A DNA stretch of 59,907 nucleotides from Clostridia bacterium (lineage in GTDB: Bacteria > Bacillota > Clostridia > TANB77 > CAG-508): NCBI GenBank assembly GCA_017530505.1, contig JAFXMI010000044.1, positions 1 through 59,907 on the forward strand, in the 5' to 3' direction. Shown here piece after piece: positions 29,947-39,506 of this stretch (its first letter is position 1; the number at the start of each line of letters is the position of its first letter). Position numbers and translations under genes: made by a program. Below the pieces are notes generated by a model. The model was not told the DNA's origin, ran no database searches, and saw only the letters and a list, made by a program, of their open reading frames with translations.

Positions 29947-30035
29947 CAAAAGAGTAAGGGAAAGAAAAAAATAATAAAGAGTAAATAATAAGTAGTAAAA
30001 ACATAGAGAGGTGGGGGGGCTTCTGTTCCTCCAAC
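29851..30035. other. compositionally anomalous segment: two GC-rich blocks flanking a 60-nt polypurine tract; unassigned structured RNA or insertion
   Basis: 29851-29940 is about 47% GC and 30001-30035 about 57% GC, against a local background below 30%. G5 and G7 runs and a CCGCGG site are present. 29941-30000 is almost pure A/G. All three + frames have stops within 29893-29943. Confidence 0.4.
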
Positions 30036-30238
30036 GAAAAAAGTACAAAAAAGACTTCAAGAAAAATTTAAATTTAAAAGTATTATGGATTCCAATAGAA
30101 ATATTAACAGATAAGAATTATGGAAACAAACTTTGCCCAGTAATTTTGATTGAATATGGTCTTTATTATAGAATAAAAATAAATAATTAAATTTGTTAGT
30201 AACGAAAGTGAAATGAAATTTGATTTTGGATTGCTTTT

Positions 30239-30275
30239 AGTAGCATCTAGATTTAGTTAGATGCTACTTTTATAT
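30239..30275 (+). terminator. rho-independent terminator
   Basis: The 11-bp stem AGTAGCATCTA/TAGATGCTACT (30239-30249 and 30258-30268) is followed by TTTTATATTT. Confidence 0.7.
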
Positions 30276-30639
30276 TTATAAAACAGGTAATAAGAGATGA
30301 ATATAAAATATAATTTGCAACTAGATAATTTACTATCTTATCTTCAATATTTTGATGATATTTTTCTCTTCTTTTAGTGTTATGAATTATAAATTTATTA
30401 TATTATCCAACTTTGTAAATTTTGTAAAAAAATACATATAATTATACTTGAATTTTAGTGAATTATTAAATATAATTAAGCAAGATATAAAAAGGAGATA
30501 TTAAAGAAACTGATAGAATTCTATTATTATTGATAGTTATCAAATATAGTTAATTAAAATATTCTAAAAGCAATTAGATTATATTTAAATTATTTTTAAT
30601 TTTTTATAAAAAATTAAATGAGTAGGAGATATAATAAAA

Positions 30640-31830
30640 ATGTATGAAGTATTTGCAGATTTACATGTACATATTGGAAGAAGTGAAAATGGAAAACCTA
30701 TTAAAATAACAGCAGCAAGGAGCCTTAATTTTGCCAATATAGCTAAAGAGTGTGCAGAGAGAAAAGGAGTAAATATAGTTGGAATTATAGATTGTGCTTC
30801 ACCATATGTTATTGAAGATATAGAAAAATTTTTGAAAACAGGAGAAGCATATGAATTAGATGAAGGTGGAATAATATATAAAGATAAAGTTTGTATTATT
30901 TTAGGAAGTGAGGTTGAAACTTCTGAAGTTTCAAGAGAAGGAGATAGGAAAGGAGCTGCTCATAATTGTTGTTATTTTCCTCATTTAACTGATATAAAAT
31001 CTTTTTCAAATGAATTAAGTCATCATTTAAAAAATATAACATTAAGTACACAGCGTTCAGATTTATCTGGGTATGAATTAATTGATATTGTAGAAAAAAA
31101 TAATGGTATACTAATTCCAGCACATTGTTTTACGCCTTTTAAAAGTTATTATGGAAATTGTGTAGATAGATTAGAACACATTTTTAAAGAAAAATTTAAT
31201 AAAATATTTGCTATAGAATTAGGTTTAAGCGCTGATACAAATTATGCAGATATGATTAGCGAACTTGAAAATAAACAATTTGTTACTAATAGTGATGCAC
31301 ATAGTTTACCTAAAATTGGAAGAGAATATAATAAATTACAGGTTGAAAAAATTAGTTTTAAAGAACTTGTTATGGCTTTAAAAGGGGAATACGGAAGAAA
31401 AATATTAGCTAATTATGGAATGGATCCAAAACTTGGAAAGTATAATAGAACATTTTGTGAAAATTGTAATAAAAGAGTTATAGTCAAGTCAAATGTAAAA
31501 AAATGTCCATATTGTGGAAGTAATAATGTTACAATGGGAGTTTTTGATAGAATTGTCTTATTAAGAGATAAGGAACAAAGTATAAGTCCGAAAAATAGAC
31601 CTCCTTATGTGTATCAAATTCCATTAAATTTTATTCCAGGAGTTGGAAGCAAAACAATAGAAAAATTATTAGATAAATTTGGAACTGAAATGACAATATT
31701 ACATAAGCTTTCAGATGACGATATCGAAGCAGAGGTAGGAGAAAAAATTTCTAGAAGTATAATAAATGCGAGAAGTGGGAATATTCATATTATTGAAGGT
31801 GGAGGAGGAATTTATGGGAAAGTAGAGTAA
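30640..31830 (+). CDS. PHP-domain protein resembling endonuclease Q (TIGR00375-like)
   Basis: The N-terminal ADLHVHIGRS PHP metal motif is present. There is a central Zn-ribbon (CENCNKRV...CPYCGS) and a C-terminal helix-hairpin-helix IPGVGSKTIEKLL. Confidence 0.55.
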   Translation: MYEVFADLHVHIGRSENGKPIKITAARSLNFANIAKECAERKGVNIVGIIDCASPYVIEDIEKFLKTGEAYELDEGGIIYKDKVCIILGSEVETSEVSREGDRKGAAHNCCYFPHLTDIKSFSNELSHHLKNITLSTQRSDLSGYELIDIVEKNNGILIPAHCFTPFKSYYGNCVDRLEHIFKEKFNKIFAIELGLSADTNYADMISELENKQFVTNSDAHSLPKIGREYNKLQVEKISFKELVMALKGEYGRKILANYGMDPKLGKYNRTFCENCNKRVIVKSNVKKCPYCGSNNVTMGVFDRIVLLRDKEQSISPKNRPPYVYQIPLNFIPGVGSKTIEKLLDKFGTEMTILHKLSDDDIEAEVGEKISRSIINARSGNIHIIEGGGGIYGKVE

Positions 31831-31927
31831 ATTTAAAAAAGTTCTTTTTGAATAAATTATAGAATACACTTTAAAAGAGAAAAGATAAACAAGTTTTATC
31901 TTCTTTAATGAAAGGAATTTTTTCAAA

Positions 31928-32540
31928 ATGAAGAAAAGTGTACTCTTTGATTATGTTAATTTAAATAAGAAATATTTTATAATTATTTTGGGATTTTTTT
32001 TAATTCGGAATTTTTTTAGGGATGATTTTTATAAATAATACATCTTACAATGGGATTACAGAAATTACATCATTTATTGAAAATTTAAGAGAAAATATAA
32101 AAACAAAAGCAAATATAGATAGGATTTCTTGTTTAATAGAAAGCTTAAACCAAAATACTAAAATGGTTATTATAATTTGGGTATTAGGTTCAACTATAAT
32201 TGGAAGTTTTTTTATATATTTTGTGGTTGCTTATAAAGGTTTTTTAGTTGGCTATACTATTTCTGCTATAATAGCTTCTTTAGGCATAAAGGGAGGAAGT
32301 ATATTTGTATTTTCATATTTATTATTTCCAAATATAATTTTTCTTCCATCAATTTTTGTTTTAGCAGAAAGTGGAATTAAAGTTTATCTTAGAATTATAA
32401 AAAATAATGTAAACATAAAAACTGAATTGGTTAGACATTTTATTATTATGTTAATAGTTTTATTTTTTTCTTGTATAGCAAGTATTATAGAAGCTTATTT
32501 TTCTACAAGCCTACTATTATTTTTAAAAAATTTCATATAA
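31928..32540 (+). CDS. spoIIM: stage II sporulation protein M; the N-terminus joins the body only with a +1 shift at CGG 32006-32008
   Basis: ATG 31928 gives MKKSVLFDYVNLNKKYFIIILGFFLI-CGG. Skipping the C continues GIFLGMIFINNTSYNG.., which is track ORF 32022..32540. The +1 frame opens only at 32004, after TAA 32001-32003. Confidence 0.7.
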
Positions 32541-32648
32541 AACTATTTACTTTTTATCATTAATTTGATATAACATATATAATCTTATGTAAATTATAAA
32601 TGTAAGAAAAAACAATTCAATTATTTATGTAGATTGGAGAACAGATTA

Positions 32649-33530
32649 ATGGAAAAACAAATTAAACTTTTTTTAGATTTTTTGAAAAACAATAAGAAAT
32701 TATCATTAAATACGCTACAATCATATAAAAGAGATATTTTACAATATCAAGAATATATTAATAAAAATGAACTTAATTATCTAAAAATAAGTAATAGCGA
32801 TATAAATGAATATTTTAACTATTTAAGAGATTTAAATAAAAAGACTTCAACTATTTCTAGAAATTTAGCTACAATTAGATCTTTTTATCAATTTTTAATA
32901 AAGACTAAAAAAATAAAAAAGGATCCAACTATTGGTGTACAATCTCCTAAAGTAGAAAAAAAAGCTCCTAGCATATTAACAGCTAAAGAAGTAGAGCTTT
33001 TATTAGAACAGCCAAAAGATGTTGATTTAAAGGGAATTAGAGATAAAGCTATGCTAGAATTTGCATATGCAACGGGAATGAGAGTTTCTGAAATTATTTC
33101 ATTAAATATCTATGATGTAAATATGGAAGAGTCTTATGTTACGTGTAGAAATGGTTTCAAAAAAAGAACAATTCCTCTTGGAACAATTTCAATGAATGCA
33201 TTAGAAGAATATATAAAAAAAGCAAGACCTATATTAATAAAAGATGATAATACAGAAGCATTGTTTGTTAATGTAAATGGAAAAAGACTTACGAGACAAG
33301 GATTTTGGAAAATAGTTAAGTATTATAAAGAACAAGCAAATATAACAAAAGACATTACTCCCCATGTTTTAAGGCATTCTTTTGCAACACATTTATTACA
33401 AAACGGAGCTGAAATAAAAGCGGTACAAAGCATGCTTGGACATTCAGATATTTCGTCAACTCAAGTTTATATGCAATTTCAAAAAGACAATTTAAAAGAA
33501 ATATATAATAAAGCTCATCCAAGAGCTTAG
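32649..33530 (+). CDS. xerD: tyrosine recombinase XerD/XerC family
   Basis: The C-terminal catalytic block is HVLRHSFATHLLQNGAEIKAVQSMLGHSDISSTQVY and the upstream ATGMRVSE supplies the Arg. ATG 32649 lies 8 nt after GGAGA. Confidence 0.8.
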   Translation: MEKQIKLFLDFLKNNKKLSLNTLQSYKRDILQYQEYINKNELNYLKISNSDINEYFNYLRDLNKKTSTISRNLATIRSFYQFLIKTKKIKKDPTIGVQSPKVEKKAPSILTAKEVELLLEQPKDVDLKGIRDKAMLEFAYATGMRVSEIISLNIYDVNMEESYVTCRNGFKKRTIPLGTISMNALEEYIKKARPILIKDDNTEALFVNVNGKRLTRQGFWKIVKYYKEQANITKDITPHVLRHSFATHLLQNGAEIKAVQSMLGHSDISSTQVYMQFQKDNLKEIYNKAHPRA

Positions 33531-33734
33531 AAATATGGATTGTATGGGATGTTTCACATTATAGAAACATCCCATTTTAAGTATAAATTTTATAAAAATA
33601 CTTGACAGTTTACAATAATACATATAAAATAAAAATATAGATAAAATACAATATAAATTAATATAACTATTGAAAATGTTTATAAATAATTTAATTGTAC
33701 ATTGAAAAATTAATAGAAAAGAGAGGGAATAATT

Positions 33735-35279
33735 ATGCAAAATGTTTTAATTATTGTTGCCACTCTTTTAATCTCAGCCGTAGTGTTTATACCATTTGGT
33801 ATATTTATAAGAAAAAAAACTGCGGAATCAAAAATTCAAAGTGCTGAAAGAGAAGCAAGCAGAATTATAGAAAATGGAAAAATTGAGGCTGAAAATTTAA
33901 AAAAAGAAGAACTGATAAGTGTAAAAGAGGATGTTCTTAGACTTAGAAATGAATTAGATAAGGAGATTAAAGAAAGAAGGGGCGACATACAAGTACAGGA
34001 AAAACGTTTAATCCAAAAAGAGGAAAATTTAGAAAAAAGAACTCTTGTATTTGAAAGTAAAGAAAAAGAACTAGAAAAAAAATTTGCGGATAATGAAGCA
34101 AAGAAAAAAGAATTGGAAGAAACATTAGGAAGACAGATTGAAGAATTACAAAGAATTTCCGGATTAACCATTGATGAAGCAAAGAAACAATTATTAAATG
34201 AACTGGATAAAGAAGTAACTTCAGAAAAAGCAGCTATTATTAGAGAAAATGAAATAAAACTTAAAGAAGAAGCAACTAAGAGAGCTCAAGAAGTTGTTAG
34301 TTTTGCTATTCAAAAATGTGCTGCAGATCATACATCAGAAACTACTGTTTCAGTTGTTTCTCTTCCAAATGATGATATGAAAGGAAGAATTATTGGACGT
34401 GAGGGAAGAAATATAAAAACTTTAGAAACGCTTACTGGTATTGATTTAATTATTGATGATACACCTGAAGCGGTTATTATTTCAGGATTTGATCCATTAA
34501 GAAGAGAAGTTGCTAAACGTTCATTGGAAAAACTAATTGATGATGGAAGAATTCATCCTGCTAAAATTGAGGAAATGGTTGAAAAAGCTAAGGAAGAAAT
34601 TGAAGCAGAAATTAAATCTGAAGGAGAAAGAGCAGCCTTAGAAACAGGTGTTAATAATCTTCATCCAGATTTAATTAAACTAATTGGAAAATTAAAATAC
34701 AGAACAAGTTATGGACAAAATGTATTAAATCATTCAATTGAAGTTTCAAACTTAGCTAGAATTATGGCAGATGAATTAGGATTAAATACTAAACTTGCAA
34801 GAAGAAGTGGATTGCTTCATGATATAGGTAAAGCTTTAGATCATGATATGGAAGGAACTCATGTTGAAATTGGTGTAGATGTTTTAAAAAAATATAAAGA
34901 AAACGATATAGTAATAAATGCTGTTGAAGCACATCATGGAGATGTTGAGCCAAAGAGTTTGGAAGCTATTTTAGTACAAGCAGCTGATGCAATTTCTGCT
35001 TCTAGACCTGGTGCAAGAAGAGAAACATTAGAGTCTTATATTAAAAGATTAGAAAAACTTGAAGAAATTGCTGATTCATTTGAAGGGGTTGAAAAATCTT
35101 ATGCAATACAAGCTGGTCGTGAAGTAAGACTTATCGTTAAACCGGAGAAAGTATCTGATGCAGATATGATTATAATGGCTAGAGAAGTAGCAAAACGAGT
35201 TGAAAATGAAATGGAATATCCAGGACAAATTAAAGTTAATGTAATTAGAGAAATCAGAGTTACTGACTATGCAAAATAA
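33735..35279 (+). CDS. rny: ribonuclease Y
   Basis: The protein has an N-terminal TM helix, a coiled coil, a KH domain ([12 protein letters not shown]) and an HD domain (LLHDIGK). Confidence 0.9.
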   Translation: MQNVLIIVATLLISAVVFIPFGIFIRKKTAESKIQSAEREASRIIENGKIEAENLKKEELISVKEDVLRLRNELDKEIKERRGDIQVQEKRLIQKEENLEKRTLVFESKEKELEKKFADNEAKKKELEETLGRQIEELQRISGLTIDEAKKQLLNELDKEVTSEKAAIIRENEIKLKEEATKRAQEVVSFAIQKCAADHTSETTVSVVSLPNDDMKGRIIGREGRNIKTLETLTGIDLIIDDTPEAVIISGFDPLRREVAKRSLEKLIDDGRIHPAKIEEMVEKAKEEIEAEIKSEGERAALETGVNNLHPDLIKLIGKLKYRTSYGQNVLNHSIEVSNLARIMADELGLNTKLARRSGLLHDIGKALDHDMEGTHVEIGVDVLKKYKENDIVINAVEAHHGDVEPKSLEAILVQAADAISASRPGARRETLESYIKRLEKLEEIADSFEGVEKSYAIQAGREVRLIVKPEKVSDADMIIMAREVAKRVENEMEYPGQIKVNVIREIRVTDYAK

Positions 35280-35291
35280 AATTTAAAATAA

Positions 35292-35326
35292 AGGGGATTT
35301 TATAGAAAAATCCTCTTATTTTTTTA
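35292..35326 (+). terminator. rho-independent terminator after rny
   Basis: The stem GGGGATTTT/AAAATCCTC is followed by a T7 run. Confidence 0.7.
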
Positions 35327-35398
35327 AAACTATTGACATGGGTGCATTTTCTCAATATAATATGTTCATGAACAAGAAGAAAAATGCAGGAGGAAAAG

Positions 35399-36040
35399 AT
35401 GCCAAATAAAGAAATAATTTATGCTTTTTCAAGTAAATATGAAAATATTAAAGACGAAGATTTGGTTAGCAAAATAAAAGCTGGTGATAAACTTGCCCAA
35501 GATGCTTTATTTGAACGATACAAAGATATTGTAAATATGAAAGCTAATAGGTTTTACATTATTGGAGCTGAACGAGAAGATATGGCTCAAGAAGGACTTA
35601 TTGGTCTTTATAAAGCTGTCAAATCATTTGATAGTACAAAACAGAATTCTTTTAAAACTTTTGCAAATATTTGTATAGAGAGACAATTAATTTCTGCACT
35701 AAAAAGTTCAAATAGGCAAAAGCATATTCCATTAAATTCTTCATTATCTCTTAATTTAACAGCTTATGATGAAGAGGATGATACTGAAGTTTTAGAAATA
35801 TTAGATACTAAAACTGCAGAAGATCCACTAGATACAATTACAAAAAGGGAATATTTTGAATATGTTGAAAGTGTTATTGATGAGAGTTTAAGTTCTTTTG
35901 AAAAGCAAGTATTAGATAGATATATTCAAGGAGAAACATATAATGATATTGCAGAAAAATTAGATACGCCAATTAAGTCGGTTGATAATGCTATTCAAAG
36001 AATACGTAAAAAGGCCGGAAAATTTAATTTGCTTCCATAG
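35399..36040 (+). CDS. sigH: sporulation/stationary-phase sigma factor SigH
   Basis: REDMAQEGLIGLYKAVKSFD and the hallmark RQKHIPLNS block are present, with a C-terminal region 4 (SVDNAIQRIRKK). The stop TAG 36038-36040 lies inside the first 10 nt of the tRNA. Confidence 0.85.
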   Translation: MPNKEIIYAFSSKYENIKDEDLVSKIKAGDKLAQDALFERYKDIVNMKANRFYIIGAEREDMAQEGLIGLYKAVKSFDSTKQNSFKTFANICIERQLISALKSSNRQKHIPLNSSLSLNLTAYDEEDDTEVLEILDTKTAEDPLDTITKREYFEYVESVIDESLSSFEKQVLDRYIQGETYNDIAEKLDTPIKSVDNAIQRIRKKAGKFNLLP

Positions 36041-36106
36041 CTCAGTAGGTAGAGCACTTGCATGGTAAGCAAGAGGTCGCCGGTTCAATTCCGGCTAGAA
36101 GCTCCA
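36031..36106 (+). tRNA. tRNA-Thr (anticodon GGT, 36064-36066), CCA encoded
   Basis: Cloverleaf: acceptor GCTTCCA/TAGAAGC (one C6-A67 mismatch), D arm GCTC-AGTAGGTA-GAGC, anticodon arm CTTGC-ATGGTAA-GCAAG, T arm GCCGG-TTCAATT-CCGGC. Confidence 0.85.
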
Positions 36107-36228
36107 TAATGCGTTTTCGTCGAACCACTTAAAACCCAAGTGTGTAGCGGAGCACTGTGTGCTCCATGATGAAAACAAAAGTAAATATTATTCATAATAT
36201 ATAAGTCAATTTAGTCGGCTTATTTTTT
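36101..36228 (+). repeat. copy A of a ~130-nt structured element (tRNA 3' end plus trailer plus terminator) bounding the R-M islet
   Basis: The first 30 nt (GCTCCATAATGCGTTTTCGTCGAACCACTTA) are identical to 40762-40791. The element has an inner hairpin GGAGCAC-TGT-GTGCTCC and an outer GTTTTC/GAAAAC pairing. It ends in the terminator hairpin ATAAGTC.ATTTAGTCGGCTTAT plus a T-run. Confidence 0.7.
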
Positions 36229-36245
36229 CTTTTATTTGAAAAAAA

Positions 36246-36464
36246 TTGGTAATATATGCATTAGCCACAGTAAGAAAATTATCAAAAGGAGTATTCCCTT
36301 GTATATTATTACATTGTTTCATAAACGGATTATCGGCAATATTTGTATTTAATTTTAGCTGGATTAGCTGTATTGCAACTTTAGTGGTAACTATAATATT
36401 GTCAATGCTTATTTTAAACAAAAACAAGAAAATGGAAAATAGAAAAGTGAGTGAGGAATTGTGA
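36246..36464 (+). pseudogene. C-terminal fragment of a CPBP-family (CAAX-like) intramembrane protease
   Basis: Only the last two TM segments remain, with the motif-3 signature LLHCFINGLS (HxxxN). The EExxxR and FxxxH motifs are missing. The fragment starts right at the repeat-A boundary. Confidence 0.5.
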
Positions 36465-37513
36465 GTAGAAAGAAAAAAATTGTAATAACATCTATAATAA
36501 TATTTTTAGTATTAATTTTAGTGATAGTACCATTTAGTGTTTCAATATATATGTATAATCAATATTTTGGAATTAGATATGAAACTTATAAACCTCTATC
36601 ATTTAAGGTAGAAGATTTTCCAGGGTTACAAAGAACAAAATATGAGTTTACTTCAAACAATGGTCAAAAGCTAATAGGATATAATTATTATCATTCGAAT
36701 GACAATATAAAAGGTATAATTATATTTGCACATGGATTGGGTGGAGGTGGTCATAATTCTTATATGGATTGTGCTAACTATTTTGCTAAAAATGGGTATT
36801 ATGTTTTTGCTTTTGATTGTACTGGAAACGATGAGAGTGATGGAAAAAAGGTTAATGGATTGCCACAAGGTGTAATAGATTTAAATTATGCAATATCTTT
36901 TGTTGAGGGAAAAGAAGAATTTAAGGGTTTACCAATTATGCTATTTGGTCATAGTTGGGGAGGATATTCTGTAACAAATGTATTAAAGTATCATCCAGAA
37001 GTTAAAGCGGTTGTTTCACTTGCAGGGTTTAATAGGTCATCTGATCTTATAAAATCTCAAGGAGAAGAACTTGTTGGGAGTGTTATAAATGTATTTATGC
37101 CATATATAAATATATATGAAAAAATTAAATTTGGTAAATATGCTTCAAATACAAGTATGAAAGCATTTGAAAACACAAATGCTAATATTATGATTATTCA
37201 TAGTAAAGATGATGATACAGTTCAAAAGAAATTCGGATATGACATATATTATGAAAAGTATAATAATTCACCAAATTTTATATTTATTTTATTTGAAGAT
37301 AAAGGACATAATCAATTAATGAATTCAGATTTTGCGATTGAGTATAAAAAGCAATTTAATGATAAAATGAAAGAATACTTTAATGGTTCTGAAATTACAC
37401 AAGAGGTAAAAGAAAAATATATTAATGATAATTTAGATAGAACTATATATGCAAATCAACTTAATAAAGAACTTTTTGCTAATATACTAGAATTTTACAA
37501 TTCTAGTATATAG
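36461..37513 (+). CDS. membrane-anchored alpha/beta hydrolase
   Basis: An N-terminal TM helix is followed by the HGLGGG oxyanion region, the nucleophile elbow GHSWGG, and a later HSKDD...GHN (Asp/His). Confidence 0.7.
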   Translation: MSRKKKIVITSIIIFLVLILVIVPFSVSIYMYNQYFGIRYETYKPLSFKVEDFPGLQRTKYEFTSNNGQKLIGYNYYHSNDNIKGIIIFAHGLGGGGHNSYMDCANYFAKNGYYVFAFDCTGNDESDGKKVNGLPQGVIDLNYAISFVEGKEEFKGLPIMLFGHSWGGYSVTNVLKYHPEVKAVVSLAGFNRSSDLIKSQGEELVGSVINVFMPYINIYEKIKFGKYASNTSMKAFENTNANIMIIHSKDDDTVQKKFGYDIYYEKYNNSPNFIFILFEDKGHNQLMNSDFAIEYKKQFNDKMKEYFNGSEITQEVKEKYINDNLDRTIYANQLNKELFANILEFYNSSI

Positions 37514-37692
37514 AATTTCGGGGGGAAGTGAGTAAAGATATTGAAGAAACAATATGTAATATTTTGAAATTATTACTTTTTTAATACAAAATCATTAAAT
37601 GTTTTTTGACAAATTCTTTCAAATATGTGGAAAATTTTTAAAATTTGTTATATAATATGCCACGAGAGTATATGCACTCTAATGGTGAAATA

Positions 37693-38217
37693 ATGAACGA
37701 TGAATTCTTAATAAAAATTGATGAGCCAAGAATTCAAGAAACTTGTGATGCATATTTCAAATGGAAAGATTTGAATACATATGTTAAAAGTTTGGTTTCT
37801 AGAGGAATCAATATGCCAGATGCAATTAGTGAACCTATGGGATGCTATTGTTTAGATTTATTGTGGAATAAAAGCTCTGGTGGAGATGCCAAAGCTAAAG
37901 ATGGCAGAAAAATTGAATTTAAGGCAACAAGTAATTATGATTATGACTTAAGTAGTTTTGGACCAAAATGTGATTTTGACGATTTAGTTTTTTTAAGATT
38001 TGATTTGGATTTAAATATGCTTTTTGTATATGATACAGGTATTAATTCAGAAGAATTAAAAAGTATCCCTGTTTCAAAGACTGCAACTGTTGGAGATTAT
38101 CAAAAAGCTGGAAAAAGACCACATATTAGAATAATAGAATCAATTATTAATAAAAGAAATTTAGAACCAACTGTTACTTTCGATGTTAGACGAGGAAGAA
38201 TAGTTGAAAAAGTATAA
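37693..38217 (+). CDS. small type II restriction endonuclease candidate (partner of the adjacent C5-MTase)
   Basis: The ORF is about 174 aa from ATG 37693, which follows GGTGA. It is co-oriented with and 75 nt upstream of a cytosine-5 methyltransferase. It has no other recognisable family motif. The acidic/Lys pattern D..(x)n..E.K (DAKAKDGRKIEFKA) is compatible with a PD-(D/E)xK core. Confidence 0.5.
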   Translation: MNDEFLIKIDEPRIQETCDAYFKWKDLNTYVKSLVSRGINMPDAISEPMGCYCLDLLWNKSSGGDAKAKDGRKIEFKATSNYDYDLSSFGPKCDFDDLVFLRFDLDLNMLFVYDTGINSEELKSIPVSKTATVGDYQKAGKRPHIRIIESIINKRNLEPTVTFDVRRGRIVEKV

Positions 38218-38291
38218 AGAAAGGTAGAGTGCAAATACTCTATCAAAAAATCAAAATAAATTGCGGCGTGCTGCATAAGGAGGTACATAAG

Positions 38292-39257
38292 ATGTATAAA
38301 GTTTGTAGTTTATTTGCAGGCGTAGGTGGAATTGATTTAGGTTTTTTACAAACTAAAGAATGTGAAATAGCTTATGCTAATGAATTTGATAAATATGCTG
38401 TTGATACGTATGAGAAAAACTTTAATACAAAAGTTGATTGTAGGGATATTCATGATGTTAAATTAGATGAAATTCCTGAATTTGATATTATGGTTGGAGG
38501 GTTTCCATGTACATCTTTTTCTGTTGCTGGATATAGAAAAGGATTTGATGATGACAAAACAGGAGATTTATTTTTTGAAATGGAAAGAATATTTAAGGTT
38601 AGACAACCAAGAGTAATCTTTTTAGAAAATGTTAAAAATCTTGTTGGTCATAATAATGGAGAAACATTTAGAACTATTATAAAAAAACTTGAAGAGGCTG
38701 GATATAAAGATAAAATAAGATACCAAGTTTTAAATGCTTGTGAATACGGTAATATTCCTCAAAATAGAGAAAGAATTTATATCGTTGCTTTTAGAGATAA
38801 AGCTGATTATGATAGATTTCAAATGCCTTACCCTATCCCATTGGAAAAAAATATTTTTAAAGTATTTAATTTTGATTCAAAAGTAGATGAAAAATACTAT
38901 TATACTCCTGGAAAATATAAAGGAGAGATTTATCAATTACTTGAAGAAGGGATGGATGATGACTCGACAGTATATCAATGGCGTAGAAAATATGTTAGAA
39001 AAAATCAAAATAATTTAGTACCTACTTTAACAGCTAATATGGGTGAAGGTGGTCATAATGTACCGTTAATAAAAACGCAATATGGAATTAGAAAGTTAAC
39101 ACCTATTGAATGTTTCTATGCTCAAGGCTATCCAAAAGATTATAAACTACCAAGTGATTTGAGTGATGCTAAATTATATAAACAAGCTGGAAATAGTGTT
39201 GTTGTTCCTGTAATAAATAGAATTGCAGAAAATATTATGAAGGCTTTGAAAGCCTAA
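38292..39257 (+). CDS. DNA (cytosine-5)-methyltransferase
   Basis: Motif I FAGVGG, motif IV GGFPCTSFS, motif VI FLENVKNL, motif VIII QNRERIYIVAF and motif X AGNSVVVPV are all present. ATG 38292 follows AAGGAGG. Confidence 0.9.
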   Translation: MYKVCSLFAGVGGIDLGFLQTKECEIAYANEFDKYAVDTYEKNFNTKVDCRDIHDVKLDEIPEFDIMVGGFPCTSFSVAGYRKGFDDDKTGDLFFEMERIFKVRQPRVIFLENVKNLVGHNNGETFRTIIKKLEEAGYKDKIRYQVLNACEYGNIPQNRERIYIVAFRDKADYDRFQMPYPIPLEKNIFKVFNFDSKVDEKYYYTPGKYKGEIYQLLEEGMDDDSTVYQWRRKYVRKNQNNLVPTLTANMGEGGHNVPLIKTQYGIRKLTPIECFYAQGYPKDYKLPSDLSDAKLYKQAGNSVVVPVINRIAENIMKALKA

Positions 39258-39272
39258 AGGAAGGAGAAAAAA

Positions 39273-39506
39273 ATGGATATTATATTTCAAGGAATTGGAA
39301 CTGAAATAATAGGAATAGTTATAAATACTATTATTAGCGCAGTCTTGGGCGGAATAGTTGGTTATAGAATTGGTATTTCTAATAAGCAAAAACAAAAAGC
39401 AGGAAGAGAATCAAATCAGATTCAAAATTCTATAAATATTGGAGGTAATGTAACCTCCAAAGATAAAATTGAAATAGGAAGTGTTGTTAATGACAAAAAA
39501 GATTAA
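39273..39506 (+). CDS. small membrane protein of unknown function
   Basis: 77 aa with an N-terminal TM helix (IIGIVINTIISAVLGGIVGY) and a polar tail containing IGGNVTSKDKIEIG. A strong SD (AAGGAGA) is present. The end overlaps the next gene. Confidence 0.55.
   Translation: MDIIFQGIGTEIIGIVINTIISAVLGGIVGYRIGISNKQKQKAGRESNQIQNSINIGGNVTSKDKIEIGSVVNDKKD

Noticed and set aside
29851-30035. The GC-rich segment as tmRNA, SRP (4.5S/scRNA) RNA, 6S RNA or a frameshift-suppressor tRNA
   Set aside because: It starts GGGGGCG like tmRNA or 4.5S RNA, but there is no complementary CGCCCCC 3' strand, no GGATTCGAC, no T-arm/ACCA end, and no GGAA-tetraloop domain IV. GUCCGCGGAGGCG only loosely resembles GUCCGGAAGGAAGC. 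No cloverleaf can be drawn on either strand, and TCCG at 29904 is not in an anticodon-loop context.
29851-30058. Translational bypassing or an intron joining the pilin-like ORF to the downstream ATG-less frame
   Set aside because: The gap (~150-200 nt) is far longer than known bypass elements. I found no matched take-off and landing codons in compatible frames; CTT at 29851 and CTT at 30055 land in a frame that stops after 18 codons. There are no group I or group II intron signatures.
37606-37656. A promoter for the restriction gene (TTGACA at 37606, TATAAT at 37651)
   Set aside because: The two hexamers are 39 nt apart. Neither has a properly spaced partner, so no promoter call is made.
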